DNA of 64,000 bases from an uncultured Bacteroidales bacterium (GCA_934699095.1 CAKUVI010000002.1:66457-130456), one strand, 5' to 3'; positions 1 through 10,224 are shown, numbered from the stretch's first letter. Made by a program: numbers and translations. The notes: generated by a model from the letters alone, not told the origin.

Positions 1-1
1 C

Positions 2-1498
2 GGTGGAGGTGGCCTCGGCGGCGGAAGCAGCATCTTCAACATCGGCAAGTCTCGCGCCCAGGAGTTTGACGAGAAGTCGGGCCAGTTGGTGACCTTCAAG
101 GACGTTGCCGGTTTGGAAGGCGCAAAATTTGAGATTGAAGAGGTTGTTGATTTTCTCAAGAACCCGCAGAAATACACCGTTTTAGGCGGAAAGATACCGA
201 AAGGCGTGCTTTTAGTAGGTCCTCCAGGAACTGGAAAGACACTGTTGGCCAAGGCTGTTGCCGGCGAGGCCAAGGTTCCTTTCTTCTCTCTCTCCGGTTC
301 TGACTTTGTGGAGATGTTCGTGGGAGTAGGGGCTTCGCGTGTGCGCGACTTGTTCAAGACGGCCAAGGAGAAGGCTCCGTGTATCATCTTCATAGATGAG
401 ATCGATGCCATAGGCCGCGCCCGTGGCAAAGGCGCTTTCTCAAACGCGAACGATGAACGTGAAAGCACTCTCAACCAGTTGCTTACAGAGATGGACGGCT
501 TTGGCACCAATGCCGGTGTCATCATAATGGCTGCCACCAACCGCGCCGACATACTCGACAGAGCGTTGCTCCGTGCAGGTCGTTTCGACCGCCAGATCCA
601 CGTCGAGTTGCCTAACCTCAACGAGCGCCGCGACATCTTCGGCGTGCATGTGCGCAACCTCAAGCTCGGTCCGGATGTTGACCTCGACTTCTTTGCTAAG
701 CAGACTCCCGGATTCTCCGGAGCCGACATAGCGAATGTGTGCAACGAGGCGGCACTGATTGCGGCCCGCAGCAGCAAACAGGCCATCGACAAGGAGGATT
801 TCCTCGCCGCAGTTGACAGGATTATCGGCGGTTTGGAACGCCGCGGCAGCGTCATCTCCCCGGAGGAGAAGAAGACGATAGCATACCATGAGTCGGGCCA
901 CGCCTGCGTGAGCTGGATGCTGCGTTACGCCTCACCGCTCGTGAAGGTCACCATTGTGCCTCGCGGAAAAGCCCTCGGAGCCGCATGGTACCTCCCGGAA
1001 GAACGGCAGCTTACAACCTACGACCAGCTTGTGGATGAAATGACAGCCACTCTCGGCGGACGCGCCGCTGAAGAGGTCTTCTTCGGAAAGATATCCACCG
1101 GTGCCCTGAACGACCTCGAACGTGTTAGTAAACAGGCATACGCAATGATTGTTTATTATGGCCTCGACGAGAAAATAGGCAATGTAAGCTACTACGACTC
1201 TACCGGTCAGCAAGAGTATTCCATGGGCAAGCCTTACAGTGAAAAGACTGCTCAGGAAATAGACGAACGCGTGCACCTCCTCATAGAGTCTTGCTATGCA
1301 AAAGCAAAACAGATTCTCACGGAAAACTATGAGAAAGTGGAAAAACTCGCTAAAATTCTCCTTGAACGCGAAGTTATATTTACAGAAGATGTTCAGAATA
1401 TCCTTGGTGAACGTCCATTCCTTGCAGAAGACAACCAACAGACTGCATCTAAGAATACAGAGGAATTATCAGATAATAACCCCCAAAACGCTGAATGA
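2..1498 (+). CDS. ftsH: ATP-dependent zinc metalloprotease FtsH (5' end cut by window edge)
   Basis: The open frame runs from the window start. Walker A GPPGTGKT, an AAA+ SRH region and the zinc site HESGH are present, followed by an acidic C-terminal tail. Confidence 0.95.
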   Translation, partial: GGGGLGGGSSIFNIGKSRAQEFDEKSGQLVTFKDVAGLEGAKFEIEEVVDFLKNPQKYTVLGGKIPKGVLLVGPPGTGKTLLAKAVAGEAKVPFFSLSGSDFVEMFVGVGASRVRDLFKTAKEKAPCIIFIDEIDAIGRARGKGAFSNANDERESTLNQLLTEMDGFGTNAGVIIMAATNRADILDRALLRAGRFDRQIHVELPNLNERRDIFGVHVRNLKLGPDVDLDFFAKQTPGFSGADIANVCNEAALIAARSSKQAIDKEDFLAAVDRIIGGLERRGSVISPEEKKTIAYHESGHACVSWMLRYASPLVKVTIVPRGKALGAAWYLPEERQLTTYDQLVDEMTATLGGRAAEEVFFGKISTGALNDLERVSKQAYAMIVYYGLDEKIGNVSYYDSTGQQEYSMGKPYSEKTAQEIDERVHLLIESCYAKAKQILTENYEKVEKLAKILLEREVIFTEDVQNILGERPFLAEDNQQTASKNTEELSDNNPQNAE

Positions 1499-2142
1499 TG
1501 GAATCAAACTACGATGCTTTTATCTCCGACAAGGAATACATACGCGGTGTGATCAGAAACCACTCGTCGCATAAGAATATGCAGGAAGGCGTGCCCTCAA
1601 GACAGCTGTTTTCCCCTATGGAAGGTGTGCAGGCTGAGTTCTGGAAGAACTTCCAGGCCAACGGCGGAAAAATCCTGCGCTGCCACAACCGCCAAGAACG
1701 CCTCAAATATCTGCAGATGCTTACAAAAGACCAACAATACAACTACGTCCTGAATACGCACCCTAACCTTTCTCAAGAACTTGACAGTCTGCAAATCAAC
1801 TATGTCAATTCCATACCTGTAAACTATAAGGTTGATGCAGTTGTGGCCCTCTCAACCACACTTGTTGCCCGCAACGGTAGCATCGGATTCACGCAGCCCG
1901 TGTCAAGGTTCTTGACAATGAAGAATTTAGCCAAAGATGTGATTGTGATTTCAAGGCTGAAGGATATTGTTCCTGACATAGAGGACGCTATCGTGAAGAA
2001 CAGGAAGAATGCCGGAGTGGCTGGCATGGAGTTCATAACCCCGCGACCTGTACACGACAGACCAGACAACGACCAGCGGACACCGCTGAACCCACGCTAC
2101 ATTCTTCTCTTAATCTGCGACAATGAACAAAAAAATGCGTAA
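1495..2142 (+). CDS. LUD/LutC-like domain protein (putative)
   Basis: 215-aa ORF with an ATGA overlap onto the ftsH stop. It has a weak resemblance to the LUD (YkgG/LutC) fold (VDAVV..S..L.A..GSIGF). The product assignment is tentative. Confidence 0.45.
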   Translation: MMESNYDAFISDKEYIRGVIRNHSSHKNMQEGVPSRQLFSPMEGVQAEFWKNFQANGGKILRCHNRQERLKYLQMLTKDQQYNYVLNTHPNLSQELDSLQINYVNSIPVNYKVDAVVALSTTLVARNGSIGFTQPVSRFLTMKNLAKDVIVISRLKDIVPDIEDAIVKNRKNAGVAGMEFITPRPVHDRPDNDQRTPLNPRYILLLICDNEQKNA

Positions 2143-2941
2143 CTTGGTGGTGAGAACCATCTCCGGAGCCGTTTATGTGGCTCTTATGGTGCTTTCAGTA
2201 TATTTCGAATGGGTGGCCATTCTACTTTCCGTCTTCTTTGCTGTGGTCGGCATTCACGAATTCCTTTCTTTGGCAGAAGTTAAAAACGAAGGCATAAAAA
2301 AGAGGATGCCATATCTGAGTGTCGCGGCAATGTTGCTCATGAGTGTCTTTCAGCTGTCAGCTCTTGATAATATTCGTTTTCCCTATTTCTTGCTGATTTC
2401 AATCTTTATGCTTGCGGTCTTTCTGCCTGAACTTATCGACAGACATGAAAATTCTCTTGAACGGGTTGCCTTGAGCGCCTTCTCGCAGCTGTGGATTGTG
2501 CTGCCGTTGAGCGTGCTTTTCCTGTTGTGGATACCAATGAACCCTGTCCAGGTTCTTGCATTCTTTATAATTATCTGGGCGTCTGACACTTTTGCATATC
2601 TTGGCGGCTCCCTGTTCGGCAAACACAAGTTGGCGGAGGAGATTTCACCGGGCAAAACTTGGGAAGGCTTCGCTATAAGTTGTGTTTTCACGGTTGCTTT
2701 GGCTGTTGGAATGTCGTTCATACCCTATTTTGACAAGGCAGGTCTGAGCAGATGGGATTGGGTAGAGTTCGCCTGTATAGTTGAGGTTTTCGGGTTGTGC
2801 GGCGACCTTATGGAATCGCTCTTCAAGCGCAGGGCAGGGGTTAAGGACAGTGGCGACATCATTCCCGGACATGGTGGTATACTCGACCGCTTGGATTCAA
2901 TTCTCTTCGCTGCAATCCCGTTGTATTTCTTCTGCATGTAA
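2123..2941 (+). CDS. cdsA: phosphatidate cytidylyltransferase
   Basis: Polytopic membrane protein carrying the CdsA signature SDTFAYLGGSLFGKHKL...SPGKTWEG...KRRAGVKDSGDIIPGHGGILDRLDS. Confidence 0.9.
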   Translation: MNKKMRNLVVRTISGAVYVALMVLSVYFEWVAILLSVFFAVVGIHEFLSLAEVKNEGIKKRMPYLSVAAMLLMSVFQLSALDNIRFPYFLLISIFMLAVFLPELIDRHENSLERVALSAFSQLWIVLPLSVLFLLWIPMNPVQVLAFFIIIWASDTFAYLGGSLFGKHKLAEEISPGKTWEGFAISCVFTVALAVGMSFIPYFDKAGLSRWDWVEFACIVEVFGLCGDLMESLFKRRAGVKDSGDIIPGHGGILDRLDSILFAAIPLYFFCM

Positions 2942-3035
2942 GCTGTCAGACATACCATTTCTTCAATTATTATGGCTGATGACAAAATAAATATGACATT
3001 CGCAGCGTTATAAGTCAGTATTTAAATTTATTGAT

Positions 3036-4592
3036 ATGAACGCAAAGATATTATGGGCGGATGACGAGATAGATCTTTTGAAACCGCATATTCTTTTTCT
3101 CAAAGCCAAAGGTTACGATGTTATTCCTGCCATGAGCGGCACTGAAGCCATCGAAATTTTGAAGAATGAATTTGTGAACATCATATTCTTGGATGAAAAC
3201 ATGCCAGGATTGTCAGGTCTTGAGACTTTGAAGTTGATAAAGAAGGACTATCCTCACATTCCGATAGTGATGATTACAAAGAGCGAGGAGGAACATATCA
3301 TGGAGGATGCCATAGGCTCAAGCATCACCGACTACCTTATCAAGCCTGTGAACCCGAATCAGATTTTGCTTTGTCTGAAGAAAAACATCGACAACAAGAA
3401 ACTTGTGTCTGCAAAAGTCACGGTTGACTATCAACAGGCTTTCCGGGAGCTATCTATGAGGATTTCTGATAACCTCACTGTGGAAGAGTGGGCCGAGTTG
3501 TACAGGGAACTGGTAGGATGGGAGCTTCAAATTGAAAAAATAGAGGATGAGAGCATCACCGAGATGTTGTCGGCGCAGAAAGAGGAGGCCAATATCCGCT
3601 TCTCGAAATTCGTGCAGAAAAACTATATCAACTGGGTTAATGGAAAGTCAGACGACAAGCCACTGCAGTCGCACACCGTCCTGAAAGAGAAGCTTTTCCC
3701 GAGACTTGACACTAACAAGAGCACATTCCTATTCGTAATAGACAACTTGCGATATGACCAATGGCGGAGCATATATCCTATGGTGCACGATTACTATTAC
3801 ATCCAGGATGAGAGTATCTGTTACAGCATACTTCCCACGGCAACGCATTACGCCCGCAACGCCCTTTTCTCAGGACTGATGCCATCGATGATTGCGAAGA
3901 AATATCCCAATCTGTGGCTCAATGAGAACGACAACGGCAGCAAAAACCAGTATGAAGATGAACTTTTGGGCGAATATCTCAAACGATATGGCAAGAATAT
4001 CAAGTATTCATATCACAAGATCCTCAACCCGGACTATGCCAAGAAGGTGTTCGACAACTTCCATCAGATGCTGAACAATCAGCTTAATGTGATAGTTTTC
4101 AACTTTGTGGATATGCTTTCGCACGCCGGTACCGATGTGAATGTGGTGAGAGAACTTGCCGACGACGAGAAATCTTATCGTAGCGTTACAGCCTCCTGGT
4201 TTAAGAATTCAGTACTCTATGATATGATTAAATACTTGTCAGAGAGGAAGATACCGATTATGCTCACAACCGATCACGGTACTATCAAAGTTGACAAGGC
4301 TTTGAAGATGGTGGGAGAGCGAGACCTCAATACCAATCTCCGCTACAAGGTGGGCAGGAGCAATATGGACTATCCGCAGAAGGAGGTCTTTGAGATAAAG
4401 AATCCTGACGATGCTTTCCTGCCCAAGACAACCATGACCCAGCGCTTCATTTTTGCCACAAAGTCCGATTTTTTTGCATATCAGAATAATTTCAACCAAT
4501 ACGTCAATCTTTATAAAAACACTTTCCAACACGGTGGAATCTCCATGGAGGAGATGATGATTCCATTTGTTATTTTGGCCCCGAAATCTTAA
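3036..4592 (+). CDS. porX: PorX-type response regulator (CheY receiver fused to PglZ/alkaline-phosphatase-like domain)
   Basis: The N-terminus ILWADDEIDLLKPHILFLKAKGY is receiver-like. The 518-aa length and the C-terminal PglZ-type domain (TTDHGT, HGGISMEE) match the PorX architecture. Confidence 0.8.
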   Translation: MNAKILWADDEIDLLKPHILFLKAKGYDVIPAMSGTEAIEILKNEFVNIIFLDENMPGLSGLETLKLIKKDYPHIPIVMITKSEEEHIMEDAIGSSITDYLIKPVNPNQILLCLKKNIDNKKLVSAKVTVDYQQAFRELSMRISDNLTVEEWAELYRELVGWELQIEKIEDESITEMLSAQKEEANIRFSKFVQKNYINWVNGKSDDKPLQSHTVLKEKLFPRLDTNKSTFLFVIDNLRYDQWRSIYPMVHDYYYIQDESICYSILPTATHYARNALFSGLMPSMIAKKYPNLWLNENDNGSKNQYEDELLGEYLKRYGKNIKYSYHKILNPDYAKKVFDNFHQMLNNQLNVIVFNFVDMLSHAGTDVNVVRELADDEKSYRSVTASWFKNSVLYDMIKYLSERKIPIMLTTDHGTIKVDKALKMVGERDLNTNLRYKVGRSNMDYPQKEVFEIKNPDDAFLPKTTMTQRFIFATKSDFFAYQNNFNQYVNLYKNTFQHGGISMEEMMIPFVILAPKS

Positions 4593-4609
4593 ACAACAAA
4601 CATTTTGCT

Positions 4610-6292
4610 ATGAGAAAAGTTTTAGTTCTTGCCTTATTGGCAGTTGCCTCGTATGTGACACTCGCTCAACAGAACATTTTGAAGTATGAATCCTTCAGTA
4701 TCGGAGGTTCCGACACATCGCACACTCAGGTGCTCATGGATGGATATAGGTCGATAGTCTCTTCCTCTGATCAAGAGTCGGCAAATCCCATTCCTGGTAC
4801 TGCAAAACACATCACTTATATAGATTTTGATCGTGATACTGCCTTTTATCAGTTGGATTTTGTGGATGGTGACAAATATTACACCGGATACAGCTTGAAA
4901 AACAGCAACAAATACGACTTTGAAGGTGAAGAGAAGATAGGCAAGTTCCATTGCAAGAAATACACAACCACACTTTTCTCAAACAAAATGGAGATTTGGA
5001 TGACGGAAGACATAAAGTTTCCCGCAACGCCGGTTCTCTCTTTCGCCAATCTTCCCGGTGTACTGGTACAGGTTGTCAGAAACGGAAATGCAGTGACGCG
5101 GCTTGTTTCAATAAACAAGTGCAAACACGGCAGGCCCTTTTTCCCTGAGAATTTTGGCACATATACAGACAGCCGCTCTTTGGGCAATATTGAAAAGGAA
5201 AAATTGGTGATTACCATTCCGGTTTTCAATGATGCTCAGATCTGTTTCAATCCGAAGATAGAGAAGCCTTCAGTGATTCCGTACGACACCACTTTGTCTT
5301 TTTCAAACGGAACAGTTATTCTTAAGCGTTTGAATCTCAAGCAGCTGCCTGAGCATTATCAGATTTTTGCAGAGATTACCGAGCGTTCCAACGGTGACGC
5401 ATATGACCGTACGGGTTCTATTTTCGTGATTCCCGCTAAACAATCGCCCAATTTTACCGAAGCTCTCATCAAAGGAATTGAGGTATTGCCCGTTTTCACA
5501 GACAAGAATGGTGAAAGTTACCAAGGCATTCTTCTTGACGATAAATACACTCCATTGGTTGAGTTGGTGAGATTTTTCACTCCATTCGGTGTAAGCCATT
5601 ACAACCAATATCGTTCGCTCAACGGGAAAGAGTGGGAGGATGCTGCCTATTACAAGCAGGATGTCAGCGATTTGCGCAGCTATCTGAGCGGTGATGTCTA
5701 TATTTGTGCTTTCATCGGCAACTATGACGGCGGCGGACACAAGTTGTCGCTTGATCTGAAAGCCTACCCGGAGTCTTCAGAATGGGCCGTTCAGGAGTTG
5801 CACTCTTGGGCGCTTCCGCTCTTCAACACATGCAACGTGATGGAGATGTCGGGGCAAAACTACGGCAAGTTTTTCGAAACGGACAGTCTGACTGTGACAT
5901 TTGACCTGCCTGAGGGTGTTAGTGACCTGCGTCTCAGATATATAACAACCGGTCATGGAGGCTGGGACAGAGGCGATGAGTTTGTGCCGAAGGAGAACGT
6001 TATTATTGTTGACGGTGAGCCGTTGTTCAAATATACGCCATGGCGCAGCGATTGTGGGACATTCCGCACATTCAATCCGTCCAGCGGCAATTTCTGGAAC
6101 GGCATGTCATCGTCGGACTATTCGCGTTCCGGATGGTGCCCAGGAACCGCCACGCAGCCTGTGTACTTCGATCTCTCTTGGTTGAAGCCGGGACACCACA
6201 CCATCACTGTCGCCATCCCTCAAGGCCAGCGCGAAGGTAATTACTTCAGTTCCTGGAATGTGTCAGGCGTTCTGGTGGGTGATTTGAAGTGA
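4610..6292 (+). CDS. secreted GLPGLI-like N-terminal domain fused to PNGase F-like (N-glycanase) domain protein
   Basis: Signal peptide MRKVLVLALLAVASYVTLAQ. A GLPGLI-type segment (ANLPGVLVQV) lies in the first ~180 aa. The C-terminal region (GHGGWDRGDEF...WCPG) resembles peptide-N-glycosidase F family proteins. Confidence 0.55.
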   Translation: MRKVLVLALLAVASYVTLAQQNILKYESFSIGGSDTSHTQVLMDGYRSIVSSSDQESANPIPGTAKHITYIDFDRDTAFYQLDFVDGDKYYTGYSLKNSNKYDFEGEEKIGKFHCKKYTTTLFSNKMEIWMTEDIKFPATPVLSFANLPGVLVQVVRNGNAVTRLVSINKCKHGRPFFPENFGTYTDSRSLGNIEKEKLVITIPVFNDAQICFNPKIEKPSVIPYDTTLSFSNGTVILKRLNLKQLPEHYQIFAEITERSNGDAYDRTGSIFVIPAKQSPNFTEALIKGIEVLPVFTDKNGESYQGILLDDKYTPLVELVRFFTPFGVSHYNQYRSLNGKEWEDAAYYKQDVSDLRSYLSGDVYICAFIGNYDGGGHKLSLDLKAYPESSEWAVQELHSWALPLFNTCNVMEMSGQNYGKFFETDSLTVTFDLPEGVSDLRLRYITTGHGGWDRGDEFVPKENVIIVDGEPLFKYTPWRSDCGTFRTFNPSSGNFWNGMSSSDYSRSGWCPGTATQPVYFDLSWLKPGHHTITVAIPQGQREGNYFSSWNVSGVLVGDLK

Positions 6293-6314
6293 TTGTTTAA
6301 GTTGAAGATGTAAA

Positions 6315-7475
6315 ATGTTGTCCTATATAATATTATCGCTATATCTTATCATTGTTCCTTATCTTGTTTTAAGGGCTTCCAAACGTTGGCCCATTGTGAA
6401 CAAGATCAGTCCGATGGTATTGCTTTACATCATAGGTCTCATAGTGGGTAATGTGGGGCTGATAGGTGGCAAAGAATCGCAGCTCTGTGAGAATTTTTCC
6501 AATGTGACGGTGCTTTTGGCGATTCCGCTCATGCTTTTAAGCTGTGATTACAAGAGATGGTCTGCAAAATCATCCATAAAAGCCTTTTTTGTCGGCCTGT
6601 TTAGCGTGTTGTTTGTCACGGTGGCCGGCTTTTATATTTTCAGCGGACAGGCCGCCGCTGCCGGTTTGGGCAAGGAGGAGTTTGCCAAGGTTGGAGCTTC
6701 TATGACAGGCATATACACGGGTGGCATCCCGAATTTCGCCCCTGTGGCGAAAGCAGTTGACCTTCCGCAGAATCTCTTCCTCATTATTTCAGGTTATGAT
6801 ATAGTGGTGACTGCAACATATCTCCTTGTGATTGTGTTTTTCGGCAAGCAGATAATCAGATGGCTTTTCCCGAAAGAGGCGGTTTCAGGAACGAGTGGGG
6901 AACTGTTTGAAACAGAGCAGGATAAAATTGAAAAACTGTCAGGCAAATTGGTGGTGAATAGGCTTGTCGGTGTGTTGGCCGCGATTGTGATAGTGGCAGT
7001 TTCGGTGCTTCTTTCAAAGGTTATTCCTGTTGATAACGCCACGGCTGTAATCATCATTCTGATAACCACAATCTCAATCATAGCGTCATTTGCCAAGCCA
7101 ATCAAGCGTTTGGAGGGTACATTTGACTCAGGATTGTATTTTGTGTACGTATTCTGTCTTTCGGTAGCCACCATGGTGAACATTCACGAGATGGATTTCA
7201 CAAAATATCTGTTTATATTGTTCTACATCGCCTTTGCCATTTATGGATCATTGTTGTTGCAGATTATCGGGGCTAAGGTTTTCAATATAAGCGGTGCGCT
7301 CACACTCACCGCCTCCATTTCATTGATCAACTCGCCGCCGTTTGTCCCGATGGTTGCGGCAACGTTGAATAACAGGGAGATTATCCTGCCGGGCATTGCC
7401 ATAGGTCTTCTGGGATATGCTGTGGGGAATTATCTTGGGATAGGCATGTTTTATCTTTTGGGAAGCATCCTGTAG
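6315..7475 (+). CDS. polytopic inner-membrane protein (DUF819-like, putative)
   Basis: 386 aa with about 10-11 hydrophobic helices and no catalytic motif that I recognise. The family assignment is tentative. Confidence 0.6.
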   Translation: MLSYIILSLYLIIVPYLVLRASKRWPIVNKISPMVLLYIIGLIVGNVGLIGGKESQLCENFSNVTVLLAIPLMLLSCDYKRWSAKSSIKAFFVGLFSVLFVTVAGFYIFSGQAAAAGLGKEEFAKVGASMTGIYTGGIPNFAPVAKAVDLPQNLFLIISGYDIVVTATYLLVIVFFGKQIIRWLFPKEAVSGTSGELFETEQDKIEKLSGKLVVNRLVGVLAAIVIVAVSVLLSKVIPVDNATAVIIILITTISIIASFAKPIKRLEGTFDSGLYFVYVFCLSVATMVNIHEMDFTKYLFILFYIAFAIYGSLLLQIIGAKVFNISGALTLTASISLINSPPFVPMVAATLNNREIILPGIAIGLLGYAVGNYLGIGMFYLLGSIL

Positions 7476-7511
7476 GCGGTTTCTGCAACCTGTCATGTTT
7501 TACCGGGCTTT

Positions 7512-7535
7512 ATCCCCGTTAGGGGATTTGATTTT
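7512..7535 (+). terminator. intrinsic-terminator-like hairpin ATCCCC-GTTA-GGGGAT followed by TTGATTTT
   Basis: Lies 37 nt after the stop of the 6315..7475 CDS. The same CCCC/GGGG hairpin module recurs at 55940-55957 and 55987-56013. Confidence 0.5.
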
Positions 7536-7750
7536 AAACGTAAGATTTAATTGTACCAATGGCATTTTCCCTTCTATATTGAATGGGTGATTGTATGGCG
7601 GAGGCAATTTGACAATTGGAATGTAGAGACGCGCCATGGCGAGCCAGCTGAAAAACCCGTACCTTTTTTTTCGTTTTATTTCCAGTTTTTCATCAAATAT
7701 GCCATGGCACGTCTCTACAAAGATGGCTGCATTTAAATCCTACGTTTAAA
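7533..7750. repeat. nested palindromic (MITE-like) intergenic element
   Basis: Outer inverted repeat TTTAAACGTAAGATTTAA (7533-7550) pairs with TTTAAATCCTACGTTTAAA (7732-7750). Inner inverted repeat TGTAGAGACGCGCCATGGC (7622-7640) pairs with GCCATGGCACGTCTCTACA (7701-7719). Related fragments occur at 55879-55890, 45766-45782 and 56444-56467. Confidence 0.6.
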
Positions 7751-7873
7751 TTCCGAACATGTTCGTTTAAAATATAAACCTTACACTCTGATTTGCAGCG
7801 TATTACTGACTTTTCGTTATTTTCTGTTTTTGCACGAATACTTGGATTTTTTATTTTGGACTGAAAAAAATGC

Positions 7874-7881
7874 TACTTTTG
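7874..7881 (+). promoter_or_regulatory. Bacteroidota -7 promoter box TAnnTTTG (TACTTTTG)
   Basis: Consensus match just upstream of the patatin-like gene. Confidence 0.45.
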
Positions 7882-7885
7882 CATT

Positions 7886-10183
7886 ATGTATCATAATGAA
7901 GAGTTGAAGACGCAGATGAAAAGGTTGTTAACGGCAGTTGTGGCTTTCCTTTTTTTGATGTCGGCAGGTGCGCAAAGCGACGTGCTTGTCAATATTAGCC
8001 ACGACCCACATGCAGATTCCATATTCTTTGCAAAAATGCAAGGAAAGATGCAGGAAATAAGAGTTCGTGAGGGCCGTCCTACGGTAGCTGTGGTTTTAGC
8101 CGGCGGCGGTGCGAAGGGTGCAGCGCACATCGGTGTGCTCGAATATCTTGAAAAAAAAGGTATTCCTGTGGATTTTATCGCAGGCACAAGCATGGGCGCT
8201 CTCGTCGGGGGACTCTATGCCATGGGCTATTCTGCCACTGAAATCGACTCCATAGTCGACAAAATCGATTGGAATGTCATGATGAGCGACAACATTCCGA
8301 TGGAGTACTATTCGTACAAGAGAAACAATTACAAGCGCACTTATATGGTTGACATCCCTTTCACCGGGACTGAATTCCTGAACAGTCTGCCGTCAGGTTA
8401 CATCCATGGCCTTAACATATACAATATGCTCAGCACGCTGACGGTTGGGTACCAGCAGTATGTAGATTTTACCGAGTTGCCGACCCCGTTCTGCTGTGTT
8501 GCCACCGAAATCGTGACACAAACTGAAAAGCACTGGACCTCAGGATCAATGATAGATGCAATGCGTTCCACGATGTCGATTCCGGGCTATTTCAGTCCGG
8601 TGAGAGTTGATTCAATGATCCTGTCTGACGGCGGTACAAAAAACAACTTCCCCACTGACATCGCCAAGGCTGCTGGCGCCGACATAATCATAGGTGTAGA
8701 GTTGACAATGCCGCGTGACTATTCCAAAGTCAATAATGTGGCCGACATTTTGATGCAGACAACACAGTATTCGGGAGGCCTTGAGGCTCATAATCGCAAT
8801 GTGAAGAACGCTACCATATACATAACCCCTGACATCTCCGGATATAAGGCGCTGAGCTTTGGCACCGACGAGATAAAAACCCTGATTAGGAGAGGTTACA
8901 ACGAGGCAGTGAAACATTCGTCACAGATCGACAGCATAGCGAACATTGTGGGAAGGTCTGGACGTGTCCTGTACAACAAAAAAGCTGTGAACACATCAAA
9001 CGAGTCTGTCAAAATCAATGCTGTTGAGTTTGAGGGATTGACATGGAAGGAACAGCGATACATGAACAGGAAACTGCGTCTGAAAGAAGGTGCATATTAT
9101 GACAAACGTGAATTCGAGATCGACCAGTCGATTATCTATGGGACCATGGCTTTTTCCGATGTGACTTATAGACTGTTGCAGGAAGATGACGGCGGCTACA
9201 GGCTCAGGTTCATCTGCAACAAAAGGCCTTCTAATTCGCTCGGTATCGGTCTCAGAGCCGACTCTGAAGAGTGGTTTGCGGCGATGCTGAACTTTGGCTT
9301 CGGAGGAAACAAGCTGTATGGCTTTGAATTTGACATTAACGCCAGACTGGCCATATCTCCGCATCTTCAATTGCAAGTGGTGTATCTTCCCATTGTCGGG
9401 CCCAAGGTTGGGGCGTCGTTATTGTGCCAATATCGTACTGTGTTCGGTTCCGACAATCAGATGTTCAGCCGTTCGTATTATGAGCAATCTTTGCGTAATG
9501 CTGTGGATGTTTACATCGCCGGAACCCGTTGGAGCCGTGTGGAGTTGAGGGCCGGATTCCGCGTCGAGCAGATGCCGTTCTACAGAATTATCTCCGAAAA
9601 TGGCGTGGTACAAGTCAATGATTGGAAGAAATTCTATCCTTTCGCGTATTTCCGTTTTGTGTTTGACAAGGAAAACAACCACTATTTCCCCGACAAAGGT
9701 CTGCGTGTCAGTCTTGACTATGATTACGGTCTCTCGAACACGCACTTCATAGCTTCAAGTTTCCGCGGGATTATTCCGGTGTGTTCGTTTTTCCATATAA
9801 TTCCTTCGGTGCATCTCAGGTACATTTTCGGTGAATACAACAACTACGTTTATATGAACAATTACGTGGGCGGCGTCTCTTCCGGGCGCCATTATGCACA
9901 TCAGATCCCGTTTTTCGGGTTCAACGGCGAGAAGGAGTGCATGGATTTCTTGAATGTTGTTGATGTGGATTTCCGCTTCAAGTTCCTGAAAAGGTGTTAT
10001 CTCTCATTGCTCGGTGCTGCGCTCCACGACGGCAACAGGGACGGGATGCGCGACCATGCCATTTACGCCGCCGCCCTGCAGTTTGGATATAAGACCAAGA
10101 TAGGACCGCTCCTCGCAAATGTGCATTGGAACAGCTTTAATCACAAGTTCGGAGTTTATCTCGGACTTGGCTATGATTTCTGA
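7886..10183 (+). CDS. patatin-like phospholipase fused to Omp85/BamA-type beta-barrel
   Basis: Patatin motifs GGGAKGAAHIGV and GTSMG (nucleophile elbow) plus a DGG region. The long C-terminal half is rich in beta-strands and ends in an aromatic residue. An alternative start at 7916 (MKRLL signal peptide) is possible. Confidence 0.8.
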   Translation: MYHNEELKTQMKRLLTAVVAFLFLMSAGAQSDVLVNISHDPHADSIFFAKMQGKMQEIRVREGRPTVAVVLAGGGAKGAAHIGVLEYLEKKGIPVDFIAGTSMGALVGGLYAMGYSATEIDSIVDKIDWNVMMSDNIPMEYYSYKRNNYKRTYMVDIPFTGTEFLNSLPSGYIHGLNIYNMLSTLTVGYQQYVDFTELPTPFCCVATEIVTQTEKHWTSGSMIDAMRSTMSIPGYFSPVRVDSMILSDGGTKNNFPTDIAKAAGADIIIGVELTMPRDYSKVNNVADILMQTTQYSGGLEAHNRNVKNATIYITPDISGYKALSFGTDEIKTLIRRGYNEAVKHSSQIDSIANIVGRSGRVLYNKKAVNTSNESVKINAVEFEGLTWKEQRYMNRKLRLKEGAYYDKREFEIDQSIIYGTMAFSDVTYRLLQEDDGGYRLRFICNKRPSNSLGIGLRADSEEWFAAMLNFGFGGNKLYGFEFDINARLAISPHLQLQVVYLPIVGPKVGASLLCQYRTVFGSDNQMFSRSYYEQSLRNAVDVYIAGTRWSRVELRAGFRVEQMPFYRIISENGVVQVNDWKKFYPFAYFRFVFDKENNHYFPDKGLRVSLDYDYGLSNTHFIASSFRGIIPVCSFFHIIPSVHLRYIFGEYNNYVYMNNYVGGVSSGRHYAHQIPFFGFNGEKECMDFLNVVDVDFRFKFLKRCYLSLLGAALHDGNRDGMRDHAIYAAALQFGYKTKIGPLLANVHWNSFNHKFGVYLGLGYDF

Positions 10184-10216
10184 TAATTTAGTGGTTTGTT
10201 CGCCTTGAAATAATTG

Positions 10217-10224
10217 TATCTTTG
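10217..10224 (+). promoter_or_regulatory. Bacteroidota -7 promoter box (TATCTTTG)
   Basis: Consensus TAnnTTTG about 20 nt upstream of the rfbA start. Confidence 0.45.

Noticed and set aside
3036-4592. A PglZ domain might indicate a BREX/Pgl phage-defence locus.
   Set aside because: The PglZ domain is fused to a CheY receiver in the PorX architecture. No pglX methyltransferase, brxC ATPase, brxL or other BREX genes are present.
7551-7736. 61-aa ORF (MYQWHFPFYIEW...) in the intergenic region.
   Set aside because: It lies wholly inside the nested palindromic repeat, has no RBS or promoter logic, and its composition is driven by the repeat.
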